Shown piece by piece: positions 8,501 to 17,800 of a stretch of DNA of 44,131 nucleotides (positions are counted from its first letter, which is position 1; the number at the start of each line of letters is the position of its first letter). The position numbers and the translations under genes are program-made. The notes beneath the pieces are model-generated. The model did not search any database. It saw nothing but the letters and a program-made list of their open reading frames with translations, and had not been told where the DNA came from. The DNA lies in assembly GCA_002788755.1 (NCBI GenBank), contig PFRW01000051.1, forward strand, positions 1-44,131, given 5' to 3'. The stretch is from Candidatus Peregrinibacteria bacterium CG_4_9_14_0_2_um_filter_41_14. Its GTDB lineage: Bacteria > Patescibacteriota > Gracilibacteria > UBA1369 > UM-FILTER-41-14.

Positions 8501-10339
8501 GACAATGGCTATCTAGCTATGGAACTAAATACAGATTTTATTGGAGATAACAATGTTGAAGTCCACGTTGATCCATCCGCTAGCGGCATTCACCTAACCA
8601 CCCTTGGCGAATCAACCGATGACGGTAAGCTTAAATTTGCCGCCAACGTTAATGGTGCCAAAAATCTATTCATTACAAGACGAGAGAACCTCAAAGCTGA
8701 CGGTACCAACAATATCATCATCACAATCACCGACAAAAAAGGTATGTCACTCGAAGAAATCGAAACCAAAGAGCCCGGATATTATCATTTCCAAAACAAC
8801 CGTATGAAATATGTAAATGGTACATATTTTGAAGGACAACCACCAACGCCCGACAAATTAACTTTAGGAGGATCAAATCGTAATATCGAAAACAGACTAT
8901 TCAATAATCAAATAATTACGCCAGAGATACTAAATAGTAGTGAATACATTAACAAAACACTAACTACAACCACATCTCCGGACAGCCTTATGGCAGAACA
9001 TACACAAACATTAAATACATTAGTTAAGAAGCTAAGCACAAAAGATAAAAAAGGGTACGCCGCAATTTCAACTCTAAAATTAAAAGATGGCGAAATGCCA
9101 AATCTAGAAAAGATTAGCACTTTCATCAACACACAATACAAAAAAGCATTCCCGGGCAAACAGATAACCCAAGCGGAATTTCAATACCTCTATGAAAAAA
9201 TTACAGAAGAAACATTTGTCGATCTTAATACGATAAAAAATAAAGAAGCTCACATCAACCATGTAATAGGCATGTCCGATCGTTTCATAGATCGCGCCCT
9301 TAAAAACGCACCTACACTTAAAACAAAATTCACACCTGCAGAAATACTAATCATTAGACAAGAAATCAAAGAAGATTTTAAAATCGCCCTTCAGGGACCA
9401 AGTGAAACAAAGTTCAACACTCAATCATTAAAAGACGCCGGTCTTATCGAAAACTACTTCGTCTCCACAGCAGCCAACCAAGCGGTTGGCCTAGAAAACA
9501 AAGGATACCGCTACGTTGATACCAATGATGATAGCAGCATTAAAATACTAGAAAACTCAATAACTCAATACAGCTTGACCAAGGAAGGTGCATCAAACGA
9601 AGAAAAACTTGTAGCCAAATTCATCCTAGAACTCAGCGATCCTATTGAATCAACATCAAATGCTATAGATCAAGCCCACACATTACTCGGCTCACAATTA
9701 GCCATCAAACTTGCAACTCTACCAATTGGTATGCAAGGTGGCAAAACAATCAATTTCTTAGCACTAAAGATGGGTCCACAAAATGCACAAATAATAGCTG
9801 ACCTAATTAATGATCCACTAAATCTCTTTAGTGGTAACGGACAAGAATTCGCCCCTGAAATGAGCCCCGCTTATAATGAATTTTTACAATTTGTAAAAGA
9901 AATACGTCAAAATCAAATAGACGGTAAACCATATAAATTTGAAGTAGGAGAAGGCAACAACAAAATGCAAATTGAAATGAACATGCCAACACAACTATCC
10001 AGTCTCCTTTTATCTCGATGCGGTAATACAACTTTTGCCAGCCATGAAGGTATCGAAATCAAAGTCACCAATGCTCAAGGCGAAATGCTAGGAGGCTACG
10101 CCGAGAACAAACTTCACGGATACAAGACAACAGAAAGCGCCGACACTGCCAAGCTTACACTAGGATTATCATTTAAACCTGATGTCCCAACTAAGAAAAC
10201 ACCTGGAGGAGGCGGCGACGGAGAAGGCGGCAAAGAACCCACCCCACGCCCTGATGATACCGGCGGCAGTCCCGCTGTTCCCAAAGAAGACTCTAAAACA
10301 GTAACAGGTGGCGGTGGCACCACAGAACCAAGCCGCTAA
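5528..10339 (+). CDS. Large hypothetical protein (1603 aa)
   Basis: Uninterrupted 4.8-kb ORF divergent from tpiA. No classical signal peptide; Gly/hydrophobic beta-strand-like middle block; Pro/Gly-rich tail. No family recognised. Confidence 0.88.
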   Translation: MLQNQFGSHKTNNQNSFTFKEKHLIGFELFGDLENESTNDPKIETVQNLQKSLNTIKKNDEDTTEHNTSIEKSIYELLNDEHDLDTTTASMIAKHLSNKLKEKNGAYPDGNLQNRDIVVKNKGNKITVSTHEETSWYDLENYENTYFTDTVDLTDEDIQEIINENIANKAVATSSLSSYIDRSKVVPEDDRWRSRYLLFQTEQSLQQINKEPLESDEYYGVPKNFTDRFNDATGMREAILTEQISDSQNLVKLFARLGINQRQFLEESFGSSFFGNLEPGVSAQQIFEFSNLSKKYDTIEDAQNRLQILAKDPDTNRKEISEITRNIRDIRALGEMLRDLEYHAPDKKNPDYISKINFSNALDAKSKEAFKDNPAIIMALMGYLYGLKNLQKEQYVSYSLNSDQRFEAFIEEVPARDYDKLLKAYQKIDITWALGSQTLTEGIQELSKPEYADVRSILDAAKLDYIGQGDSPIASDIASLIANPLNTGPINEDYETLTQEEMTGPGATAESANFVNRQYSQKAIYESILRDCRDFKTNQYDLTKLETNLKRYAEYGRLYIAQNPEALKENNTSLLNTQWPENTPLLNALADKNLIQLIRHGFLLEQKVKNSTKKQVKGLDQDLQQNKINPQELAHFLTGLHLDKDGLEKLGLGAALVINLDDAGNPNQNSIHVGGAANVLDPKESGIIITFSRNNTETGTEASAGTVLNPYTANIGFSIKGEISKNYHIRLNGGIGTFGPVLAASIGAGFGRDLKTYTTEHEEETIKEFYDTKGTVFEELNAAQKAKKSETEQMAIVNKIPHLKELHEYFTKQTPPLPEKQINEIFIGENGLANELQNNIKNYAVENTSEVGWEVGGGLAFVDIFGVTVPIPYAYISLELPTGKTIMRYSMPSDVEANTQIQMEDAIQAQLLEQAGTSQNLIVTSTKSGEVYFDKETGQWRINQTRGIPELGTLNADQKAKAKKLTEAYKAYGITFSEITDPAYTTKDGLKDNGYLAMELNTDFIGDNNVEVHVDPSASGIHLTTLGESTDDGKLKFAANVNGAKNLFITRRENLKADGTNNIIITITDKKGMSLEEIETKEPGYYHFQNNRMKYVNGTYFEGQPPTPDKLTLGGSNRNIENRLFNNQIITPEILNSSEYINKTLTTTTSPDSLMAEHTQTLNTLVKKLSTKDKKGYAAISTLKLKDGEMPNLEKISTFINTQYKKAFPGKQITQAEFQYLYEKITEETFVDLNTIKNKEAHINHVIGMSDRFIDRALKNAPTLKTKFTPAEILIIRQEIKEDFKIALQGPSETKFNTQSLKDAGLIENYFVSTAANQAVGLENKGYRYVDTNDDSSIKILENSITQYSLTKEGASNEEKLVAKFILELSDPIESTSNAIDQAHTLLGSQLAIKLATLPIGMQGGKTINFLALKMGPQNAQIIADLINDPLNLFSGNGQEFAPEMSPAYNEFLQFVKEIRQNQIDGKPYKFEVGEGNNKMQIEMNMPTQLSSLLLSRCGNTTFASHEGIEIKVTNAQGEMLGGYAENKLHGYKTTESADTAKLTLGLSFKPDVPTKKTPGGGGDGEGGKEPTPRPDDTGGSPAVPKEDSKTVTGGGGTTEPSR

Positions 10340-10369
10340 ACACTAACAATTCGTTAACTAATATCTTCC

Positions 10370-10597
10370 ATGCAAAAAAAGAAAACTAACTACACAGTAT
10401 TATTGACAATAGCGGTAGTTGTTGTTATAGTAACTCTCTTGAGTATATCTTATTACAAAGCTCATTATGGTCCTCTTCCATACGAACAAGACTATAATGA
10501 ACTAAATGCGGAGCAAGGATTATCGGGCATCGACTACGAATACAAAGGGCCGAATCTCGAAAACTTCCCTCCACCCCCACAAGCACCATCTAACTAA
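10370..10597 (+). CDS. Small single-pass membrane protein
   Basis: Basic N-terminus (KKK), about 20-aa hydrophobic helix, Pro-rich tail. Fills the gap between two large co-oriented genes. Confidence 0.7.
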   Translation: MQKKKTNYTVLLTIAVVVVIVTLLSISYYKAHYGPLPYEQDYNELNAEQGLSGIDYEYKGPNLENFPPPPQAPSN

Positions 10598-10605
10598 ACT
10601 ATACA

Positions 10606-13515
10606 ATGCCTAAATGGAAAATCATGAAAAAAACCGGTATGTATCTGGCAGCAACAGCCACCGCCGCTCTACTTAGCTTAGCGCTATTTCAAACTGCCAC
10701 AATCGCACAAAGTACATGTACTCCAAATCAAAACACTTTTAGAGATGGACTTGTATTAGAGGAATGTCCCAATGGTACAACCTCCCCAACTTTTAATGCA
10801 TACAAAAATTACGAATACAAAGATTACACTCGTTTTGATGAAAGAAATTTCTTACAAGTACGTAAACTTACAAACGGTGCTTACGTCGATAACGTCTCAG
10901 TATTACCAGGTGACACACTACGTTTTAACGCTTATTTACACAACAACTGTGATCCAAGCTTAAATGATGGTGGCAATGGTGTTTGTGTTGCGCACAATGT
11001 CGAAACATTTGTTCGACAATTCCTTGAGAACAATCAACAAAACTTTCAAACCACACCCTCACTTAAACAAACAATTACGCAAACGTTTTCAGCATCAAAC
11101 GCTACACCAAGACAAGTAACAGATGACGTCGTTGTACGAAGTGCTGACAATCAAAATATCGTCTTAGAATACATCCCAAATACCGCTCTTTACTATAATG
11201 CGCTCAATCCTGATCGCACATATAAATTATACGCCAGAGAATTATTTGGTAATGGTGCGCAAGTAACATCAGTTAATCGTAATGGCACAATAAATAACGA
11301 CGGTGACTTTTTTGGCAGCTCCGCTTACATCACCTACTTTAATTTCGACGTCATCATCAAACGACCCCCAACCCCACCGCCAAGCGCAGCGTGTGTAAAC
11401 CTACAAATTACAAACGTTGTAAATAATGCCGATGGCTCAATTAATTTTAGCTGGACCACAAATCCAACTGACTATGCAGATAAAGCGGTACTAGCCCTTA
11501 AACAAGGCCCTGGTACTTTAGAAATGCTCGGCAACAACCGGGCACGTCTTAGCAACTTTAACAAAGATACAGTTGTTACTGTATTTGTTCCGGGATCAGA
11601 GCAACAATGTAAAGATGAGCTACCTGTAGCCCCTTACATTCCCCAAAATCCATGTTATGACCTTGTCTTAACTCCAGATAAGTTTAACCCACTCGAACCT
11701 AGTCATAGATTCAGTGTGCAAACTAATCCAAACAACTATAACGAATTAAACTGGAAACTAACCGGACCAAACACCGACGTAACCGTGATGGTTGCCGGTG
11801 ATAAACGTTCGGCCGTCTTTACCAATTTAGGACCCGACCATGTAGTTAGCGTCTTTGCCACAGGTGAAGTTGCTCCGGGCAAAAAATGTGAAGACGAAGC
11901 TCGATCACAATTACCTCCTCCAACAGAATACTGTTTAGCTGCTAACCTAAAACCAAATCATTTCCCTGCCAATGGCGGACGCCGTGAATTTGTATTTGAA
12001 TACACACCTAACGAATACAAAGGTGACTTCATTTGGCGCACAGTTCCTGCCAATGTTGGTCTATTTGCCGACGGTTCGCAGATTGGCAATGCCATTACCA
12101 CCCGTGCCCGTCGCGTTGTTTATCGCGGTGGTCAACCGGGTACACAAGTAATTGTCGAAGCCAAAGATCCGGCCTTTAGATCAAAATGTACCGACATTGC
12201 CATTGCCCGAAACGACGTCCCGGCCGACGAAAACGACAACCTAGTTAAAACTGCTGATATCAGTCTTGCAAAACCAGGTGACACAGTGACTTACAATATC
12301 ACTTACAAAAAAGACCCGTTCTTCCAAAGCGACACAAACAACGTCACAATCTTCGATACTATTGGTAAAGAAGGCTTTGTCAGCGGTGATCGTGGTGGCA
12401 AAATTGTACCTGTAGCGGGATCGATGCGAGTAAACTTGCCAGTTTGTACCGGACTTGCCGCCACTAACTGTTACACAGGCTCAATCCTTAATCCAAACGG
12501 TATCACCTTACAACATTTTACAAATACCGCTCCGGTTAACATCTCTTACAAAGCAACCGTAAACACAGTGATTAATGCCGCCCTTTGCGAAAACCTTACC
12601 AACACTTTCTGTGGAGAAAAATTCACAAACGAAGCATTCGATACCGAAAATCACTTTGCTACTTGGACAATTACCGTTTTATGTCCAGCCTTCCGCAGCT
12701 TCGGCTTTGGCGATATCTTCCTAGAAGATACATTTAAAGGCGGTATCGATACCCTAAAATGTAACGGTAAACCAAATACTCAAGGTATTGTGGTAACTCC
12801 AACTAAACCAACAGACAACAAAATCGTAAGTACAGGTGAAGACGCTTCTCGTCGTCCAGAACATGGCGAATGTAAAAATAGTGATATCTTCCCTAACTTA
12901 TCGTCAGCTTTATGTGAGTTACAATCACAATTATCTGACGAGTTCACCAACAATCCTTTACGAACATTAACTCGTAATGCCGAACTGGTTTGTACCAATG
13001 CCTTAATTCGCGATAACGTGACCCTAAGAAACGGATCAATTTCCGAACTTCGTCAATACGCCAATCCAAACAACACTAACGAACTTGTAATCTGTGCCAA
13101 CACAATCACAACAACCGGCCCAATTACAATCGATTACGATGGCCCTGTAACTTTGGTCGCTAAAAAAGGTCTAACCATTAATGGTGACATCCTTTACAGC
13201 AAAAACACCAAAATCACACCATCTGTAGTCGCCGTAACCAACGGTGCTATTACCACCAACAAAACTAAAAAACTAAGCGGTATTTATATCGCCCTACCAA
13301 ACAGCGACAATCTTATTGCACCAATGGTCATCAATAACGATACAAGCCGCCCCGGTGCCCCGTTTGAAGTAGTTGGCTCCCTAATTGGTACCAGTTTCGA
13401 AGTTCAAAACAACGACTTCAACATCATCTACGACCTCGGTCGCTTCCTAATCACAGAACCTTCTGTGCTAAACGATGCCTTAGACTTTATTCAAGAAGTT
13501 ACGGTTAATCAGTAG
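10606..13515 (+). CDS. Secreted Cys-rich multidomain surface protein with a DUF11-like module
   Basis: Signal peptide (MKKTGMYLAATATAALLSLALFQTATIA; start may be 10624), three Cys-bracketed repeats, DUF11-like LVKTADISLAKPGDTVTYNITY, and a C-terminal G.L.I.GDI / GIYIA / V.GSLIG / IIYD solenoid-like region. Confidence 0.85.
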   Translation: MPKWKIMKKTGMYLAATATAALLSLALFQTATIAQSTCTPNQNTFRDGLVLEECPNGTTSPTFNAYKNYEYKDYTRFDERNFLQVRKLTNGAYVDNVSVLPGDTLRFNAYLHNNCDPSLNDGGNGVCVAHNVETFVRQFLENNQQNFQTTPSLKQTITQTFSASNATPRQVTDDVVVRSADNQNIVLEYIPNTALYYNALNPDRTYKLYARELFGNGAQVTSVNRNGTINNDGDFFGSSAYITYFNFDVIIKRPPTPPPSAACVNLQITNVVNNADGSINFSWTTNPTDYADKAVLALKQGPGTLEMLGNNRARLSNFNKDTVVTVFVPGSEQQCKDELPVAPYIPQNPCYDLVLTPDKFNPLEPSHRFSVQTNPNNYNELNWKLTGPNTDVTVMVAGDKRSAVFTNLGPDHVVSVFATGEVAPGKKCEDEARSQLPPPTEYCLAANLKPNHFPANGGRREFVFEYTPNEYKGDFIWRTVPANVGLFADGSQIGNAITTRARRVVYRGGQPGTQVIVEAKDPAFRSKCTDIAIARNDVPADENDNLVKTADISLAKPGDTVTYNITYKKDPFFQSDTNNVTIFDTIGKEGFVSGDRGGKIVPVAGSMRVNLPVCTGLAATNCYTGSILNPNGITLQHFTNTAPVNISYKATVNTVINAALCENLTNTFCGEKFTNEAFDTENHFATWTITVLCPAFRSFGFGDIFLEDTFKGGIDTLKCNGKPNTQGIVVTPTKPTDNKIVSTGEDASRRPEHGECKNSDIFPNLSSALCELQSQLSDEFTNNPLRTLTRNAELVCTNALIRDNVTLRNGSISELRQYANPNNTNELVICANTITTTGPITIDYDGPVTLVAKKGLTINGDILYSKNTKITPSVVAVTNGAITTNKTKKLSGIYIALPNSDNLIAPMVINNDTSRPGAPFEVVGSLIGTSFEVQNNDFNIIYDLGRFLITEPSVLNDALDFIQEVTVNQ

Positions 13516-13561
13516 TCGAGCCCCAGCGAGACCTTGCGATGTCCTGCGATGTTTTCCCCCC

Positions 13562-13589
13562 AAGAGCCAGCAAATAAGCTGGCTCTTTT
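13562..13589 (+). terminator. Intrinsic terminator after the large surface-protein genes
   Basis: Perfect 10-bp stem AAGAGCCAGC/GCTGGCTCTT with a 6-nt loop, ending in a short T run. Confidence 0.75.
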
Positions 13590-13614
13590 CCTTACACAAA
13601 GGTATTTTAGCACC

Positions 13615-14571
13615 ATGAGCAAACCAAACATCTTCATCTTTAGCGGCAGCAACCAACAAGATGCCAAAACCGAAATCAACAAATGGCAACAAAGCTTTAA
13701 AGCAAAGCACAACGAAATCAATTTAGAAGTTTTTGACACAAACATAACCACTTCTCAAATTATTCAAAGCAGCCACACAATGCCCTTTTTAGGTGAACGC
13801 CGCCTGATCATTGTTCACGATTTTTTTAGTACCGCCAAAAAAGAAGAACTGGAAGCCCTAGTCAGCAAAGTTGCCGAAACCCCAGATACAACAATTCTTG
13901 TTTTTTTTGAAACAACACCACTCGATAAACGCCTAAAAACCTCCAAAGACTTACTAAAAATTGCCACAGTTAAAGACTTTCCCATTCTTCACAAAAATAA
14001 TATTCCCAAATGGATCATTAACAAAGCCGCCCAATTTGACCAAACAATTGACTACCACCTAGCAACAGAACTTGGCCACCAATTCAGTCAAAACCCAGAG
14101 CGACTAGACACCGAAATCACTAAACTATGCACATACAATGCACAAACCGAAATCACCAAAGAAGCCATTCAAGCCATCAACACCCTCCCCTTCCACGATT
14201 CCATTTTTGACCTAACCGACGCCCTAACCAGTACCAACAAACAAAACAAACTAACCATCCTCCACAATTTGTACCACCGCGGCGAAGACCTAATTAGACT
14301 CTTATACATGCTCATAAATCAAATCCGACTACTCACAATTACCCATTTGGTTAATAGCAACTTTGACAAAGTCGCCGAACTTAAAATTCACCCTTTTGTT
14401 CAGCAAAAACTCAAGCAACAAAGCCGCAACATTACCCTCCCCAAACTACAACAAATTTACGCCCGACTTCAATATTTAGACGAAGCCATTAAAACCGGCA
14501 AAATCAAAACCACCAAAGGCAATCAACAAGAAATTCTTTTTGCTCTGGAGCGACTACTGTTTATTGCCTAA
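13615..14571 (+). CDS. holA: DNA polymerase III delta subunit
   Basis: MPFLGERRLIIV, LDKRLK, RLDTEITKL, SIFDLTDAL, IHPFV, DEAIKTG. Start moved to ATG at 13615, downstream of the terminator. Confidence 0.92.
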   Translation: MSKPNIFIFSGSNQQDAKTEINKWQQSFKAKHNEINLEVFDTNITTSQIIQSSHTMPFLGERRLIIVHDFFSTAKKEELEALVSKVAETPDTTILVFFETTPLDKRLKTSKDLLKIATVKDFPILHKNNIPKWIINKAAQFDQTIDYHLATELGHQFSQNPERLDTEITKLCTYNAQTEITKEAIQAINTLPFHDSIFDLTDALTSTNKQNKLTILHNLYHRGEDLIRLLYMLINQIRLLTITHLVNSNFDKVAELKIHPFVQQKLKQQSRNITLPKLQQIYARLQYLDEAIKTGKIKTTKGNQQEILFALERLLFIA

Positions 14572-14589
14572 TCAGATTGCAGTGAGTAC

Positions 14590-14660
14590 TGCAGCCGTAC
14601 CCGGAATCAACGCTTGGTAACCAACCAAATGCGTAATTCCCGGTACGCTGCATCTTTTCT
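14590..14660. terminator. Long imperfect hairpin between convergent holA and A2M genes (possible terminator or structured element)
   Basis: Nested pairings TGCAG/CTGCA, CGTACC/GGTACG, GGAAT/ATTCC, ACGC/GCGT and TTGGT/ACCAA over 14590-14652, followed by TCTTTTCT on the + strand. Confidence 0.5.
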
Positions 14661-14808
14661 GGTGTTTTCGCTAAATCGGCACGCCGGATAAAACATAAAA
14701 TCCGATCAAATACATCATAACCTGTTTTATATCTAAATTTCCATCCAATTTATAATAACAAATAGACAAATTAGCAAATTGCCATTACAAGCCAACATTT
14801 TGCGCAAA

Positions 14809-17800
14809 CTAACGAATCTGCACTACCCCTTTGTCTGTTCCCGATAAAACAATTTGCTCTTTATCTTTTAAGTTTTGTAGTGTGGCCGGCTCTGTCACAA
14901 ATTCACCCGGATTAACCACACGTGCATAATAGTAATAGTCATGGTCATTACAACTATTATCGCCAATCACACAGAAAATACTGGCACGTACATTCTGGCC
15001 AAGCTGATAATTTAAATACAAACGACCCTGAGACCACTCAGCATAATTAACTACAGGAAGCACTTTCAAACCACTTGGTAAAATATCGCCAATCACATAT
15101 GACCCCTCGTGGTCCCCAACATTCACATCAAAGACAACCTTAACTATATCCCCTTTGCTAAATGCTGTCGTTTGTTTTCCATCTACCCAATAACTACGCT
15201 TAATCTTAAGGACATCAGCTTGTTTAACATCAGCGTAAGCCACTTTTTGAGCATAATCAGTTACTGCAACTAAATCACCTTTAATATCAGACACCTTTAA
15301 TGAGGCAATTTCTTTGGGCAATAAATTCATTTCATAAGTTTGATTACCAACCAATTTCACTTTCTTACTATTAACCTTAAATTCAATCGCTTCGGTAAAA
15401 CCTTTCCCTAAACGTGACTTTGTATAAATTAACTGTTCCAGTAAAACACTATCATTTTGAGAAGCCACAAATTCACTACTTGTCGCATAAGCATGCTGCC
15501 ATAAGCGATCACGTTGATCACTATTAAGCTCTGAAGCAACATAAGCCAACATTGTTTCCGCCGCCACAGCATCCTCCGGCACAACAAACTCTTGAGCATT
15601 AAAGCTTACTACCGCCTGCCTAAACCAATCTGCGGCCTTTGACTTAGCACCAACTTTGGCATAGGCAACTGCCACCCACAACTGCTCATCAAACTTATTT
15701 AACTTTTGATTTGCAACCAAGTAATCCAAATCCACTAAGACAGACTCTTTTAATCCGGCCAAACCGGCTAAAGCTTGTAATTTTTCCACCAATTGATTTT
15801 TATTACTTAAAACAGAATTAAAATAAATTTTCATCTCTTCTTGATTCCATAAAGCAGGAGCCAAAATCGCCAATTTTGTTGTCGCCTCCAAACTAGCATC
15901 ACTATAAGCAAATAAACTAATTCCACCTTTATTTTTAGCCTCTTGATAAACCAATACCGGTGTATCCACTTTTAACAAACCACGCTTATAATACTCATTC
16001 AATAACTCACCTGCCACATACTGACCAGCCACATAATCGGCTCGATCAACATTATTATATAAAGACCGTGACAACAACGGATACAGCTTCCCCAGTTCTT
16101 GATTAACAAAGGTCAAATTAACACGACCATCATATTGTTGAGCAGCAAACGGCATCCCCTCTGTTACCTGTACAACCGCTTGTGCCGCTACTTTAAATCG
16201 AGAATCAACAACCTCAATCGGCAACTCAATTTTATCTGACTTTCCTTTTGCCTTCACAACGGTACTAATCACATGCTCACCCAATTTTAAAGGCAATGCA
16301 AAGTAGCTATTACTAAAGGCTTTGCCCGTTTTTGATTCATTATATCCTAAAGTTTTTGCAATCATTTCAAAATCGACTTTGTCAGTTACCGCCAAAATCT
16401 TACCAAACGCACGTACCGGAATTTGCGGCTTATCACCAACATTGTAGTCTGCACTAATTACCGGCAAAGCAAACAAATCTTGTGTCACCACAACCGGTGC
16501 CACCGCTCGTCCCACTCGCACAACATCACCACCGCTAATTGCCACAACCGATAAACGCCACTCGGTAATATTATCCGGTAATTTAACTTTTAAAGTTGCC
16601 TTACCACTACTATCAGTATTAACAGACGCAAAATAGGCTGTATCCTTAAAGTCACTGCGTCCACCTTTATCGTTATGCACATAAACTCCTTCCGCAAAAT
16701 AAGTATGATACTGCTCAACTTCAAAATTATAAACTGTGACAAATTCCCGCTTAAGCTCAACACTATTAACCAAAACCTCTTCACCATCACTTGTAACCAA
16801 ACGATCACCCACTTTAATTTTAGCGGCCAACTGCCACTGATTATTTACCCACACTACATGCACACCGGTCACATTAATTCGCTCATTAATTACCAAATAC
16901 TCATCTACGTTTGTTTGATGTAACCCGGTAACACGACCATTCACCAACGTTGAATCCCACTCGCTCGCACGTGTTTTAACTTGATCATCAATTTGTACAT
17001 CTTCAATTACCTTATAGCTACCATCTGCCATTAAAACTTTAGTACCAGCCAAGAAACACCCTCCCTTCTCACCACTTACATCATCTATTTGAGTATGAGA
17101 AAGATAAGAATAACTACCATCTAAATACAAATGTTTATAAATAGCCCCCAATGGGTCGGTTAACGCCTCACTAAATAGTGCATAGTAAGCTTCATCCACC
17201 AAGCGCACAGTTAAGTTGGCCGCCACCGGTTTCCCGGTATTGGCATCCTTAACCTCTACTTCAATGTCCGCTTCGTCACTGGGAGCATACTCGGCTTTAG
17301 TGGCTTTGGCATTAACGGTTAGTTCCCTATCGCTAGTATCCAAACCAATATCAATTGTAGTAGAACGACTATAATGCCGCCCATTAAATACCATCATCGA
17401 TGCATACACATTCGGCACATCTTCCTTGCCAAATTTAAACTCATAATTAGCATCACTTTGTAATTTGTAATTAAGACCTCCAACCTGCTTATTCATAAAC
17501 AAATAAGCAGTATTTGCCGACTTTGGACCAACAGCGGTTAAAGAGACCGTTTCCCCAATTTTATAATTAAACTGATTCCAATCACGGCCATCGGTGGCTT
17601 CCAAACTATAATAATCACTATCAGTAGACGTAGTGCCAAGATTCAAAAATTTACTCCCCTGATAGTCACGCCCCGACTTAACTACATACGACAACGTATA
17701 ATTAAAATCGGAATCCAAAGGCGCATCAAACTTAAAATCAATCTCCCCATTAGCATCAGACACAAAAGTATTTTTCATTACCGAATTCGTCCTCTTTTTG

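Noticed and set aside
14578-14660. SRP RNA, tRNA or 6S RNA
   Set aside because: No SRP GNRA/helix-8 motif, no cloverleaf or TTC loop, and the paired region is too short for 6S RNA.
16672-17058. Canonical selfish intein or mobile element
   Set aside because: No homing endonuclease, Asp at +1, and inserted in a flexible bait loop of an extracellular protein rather than a conserved enzyme motif. Treated as a BIL-type Hint domain.
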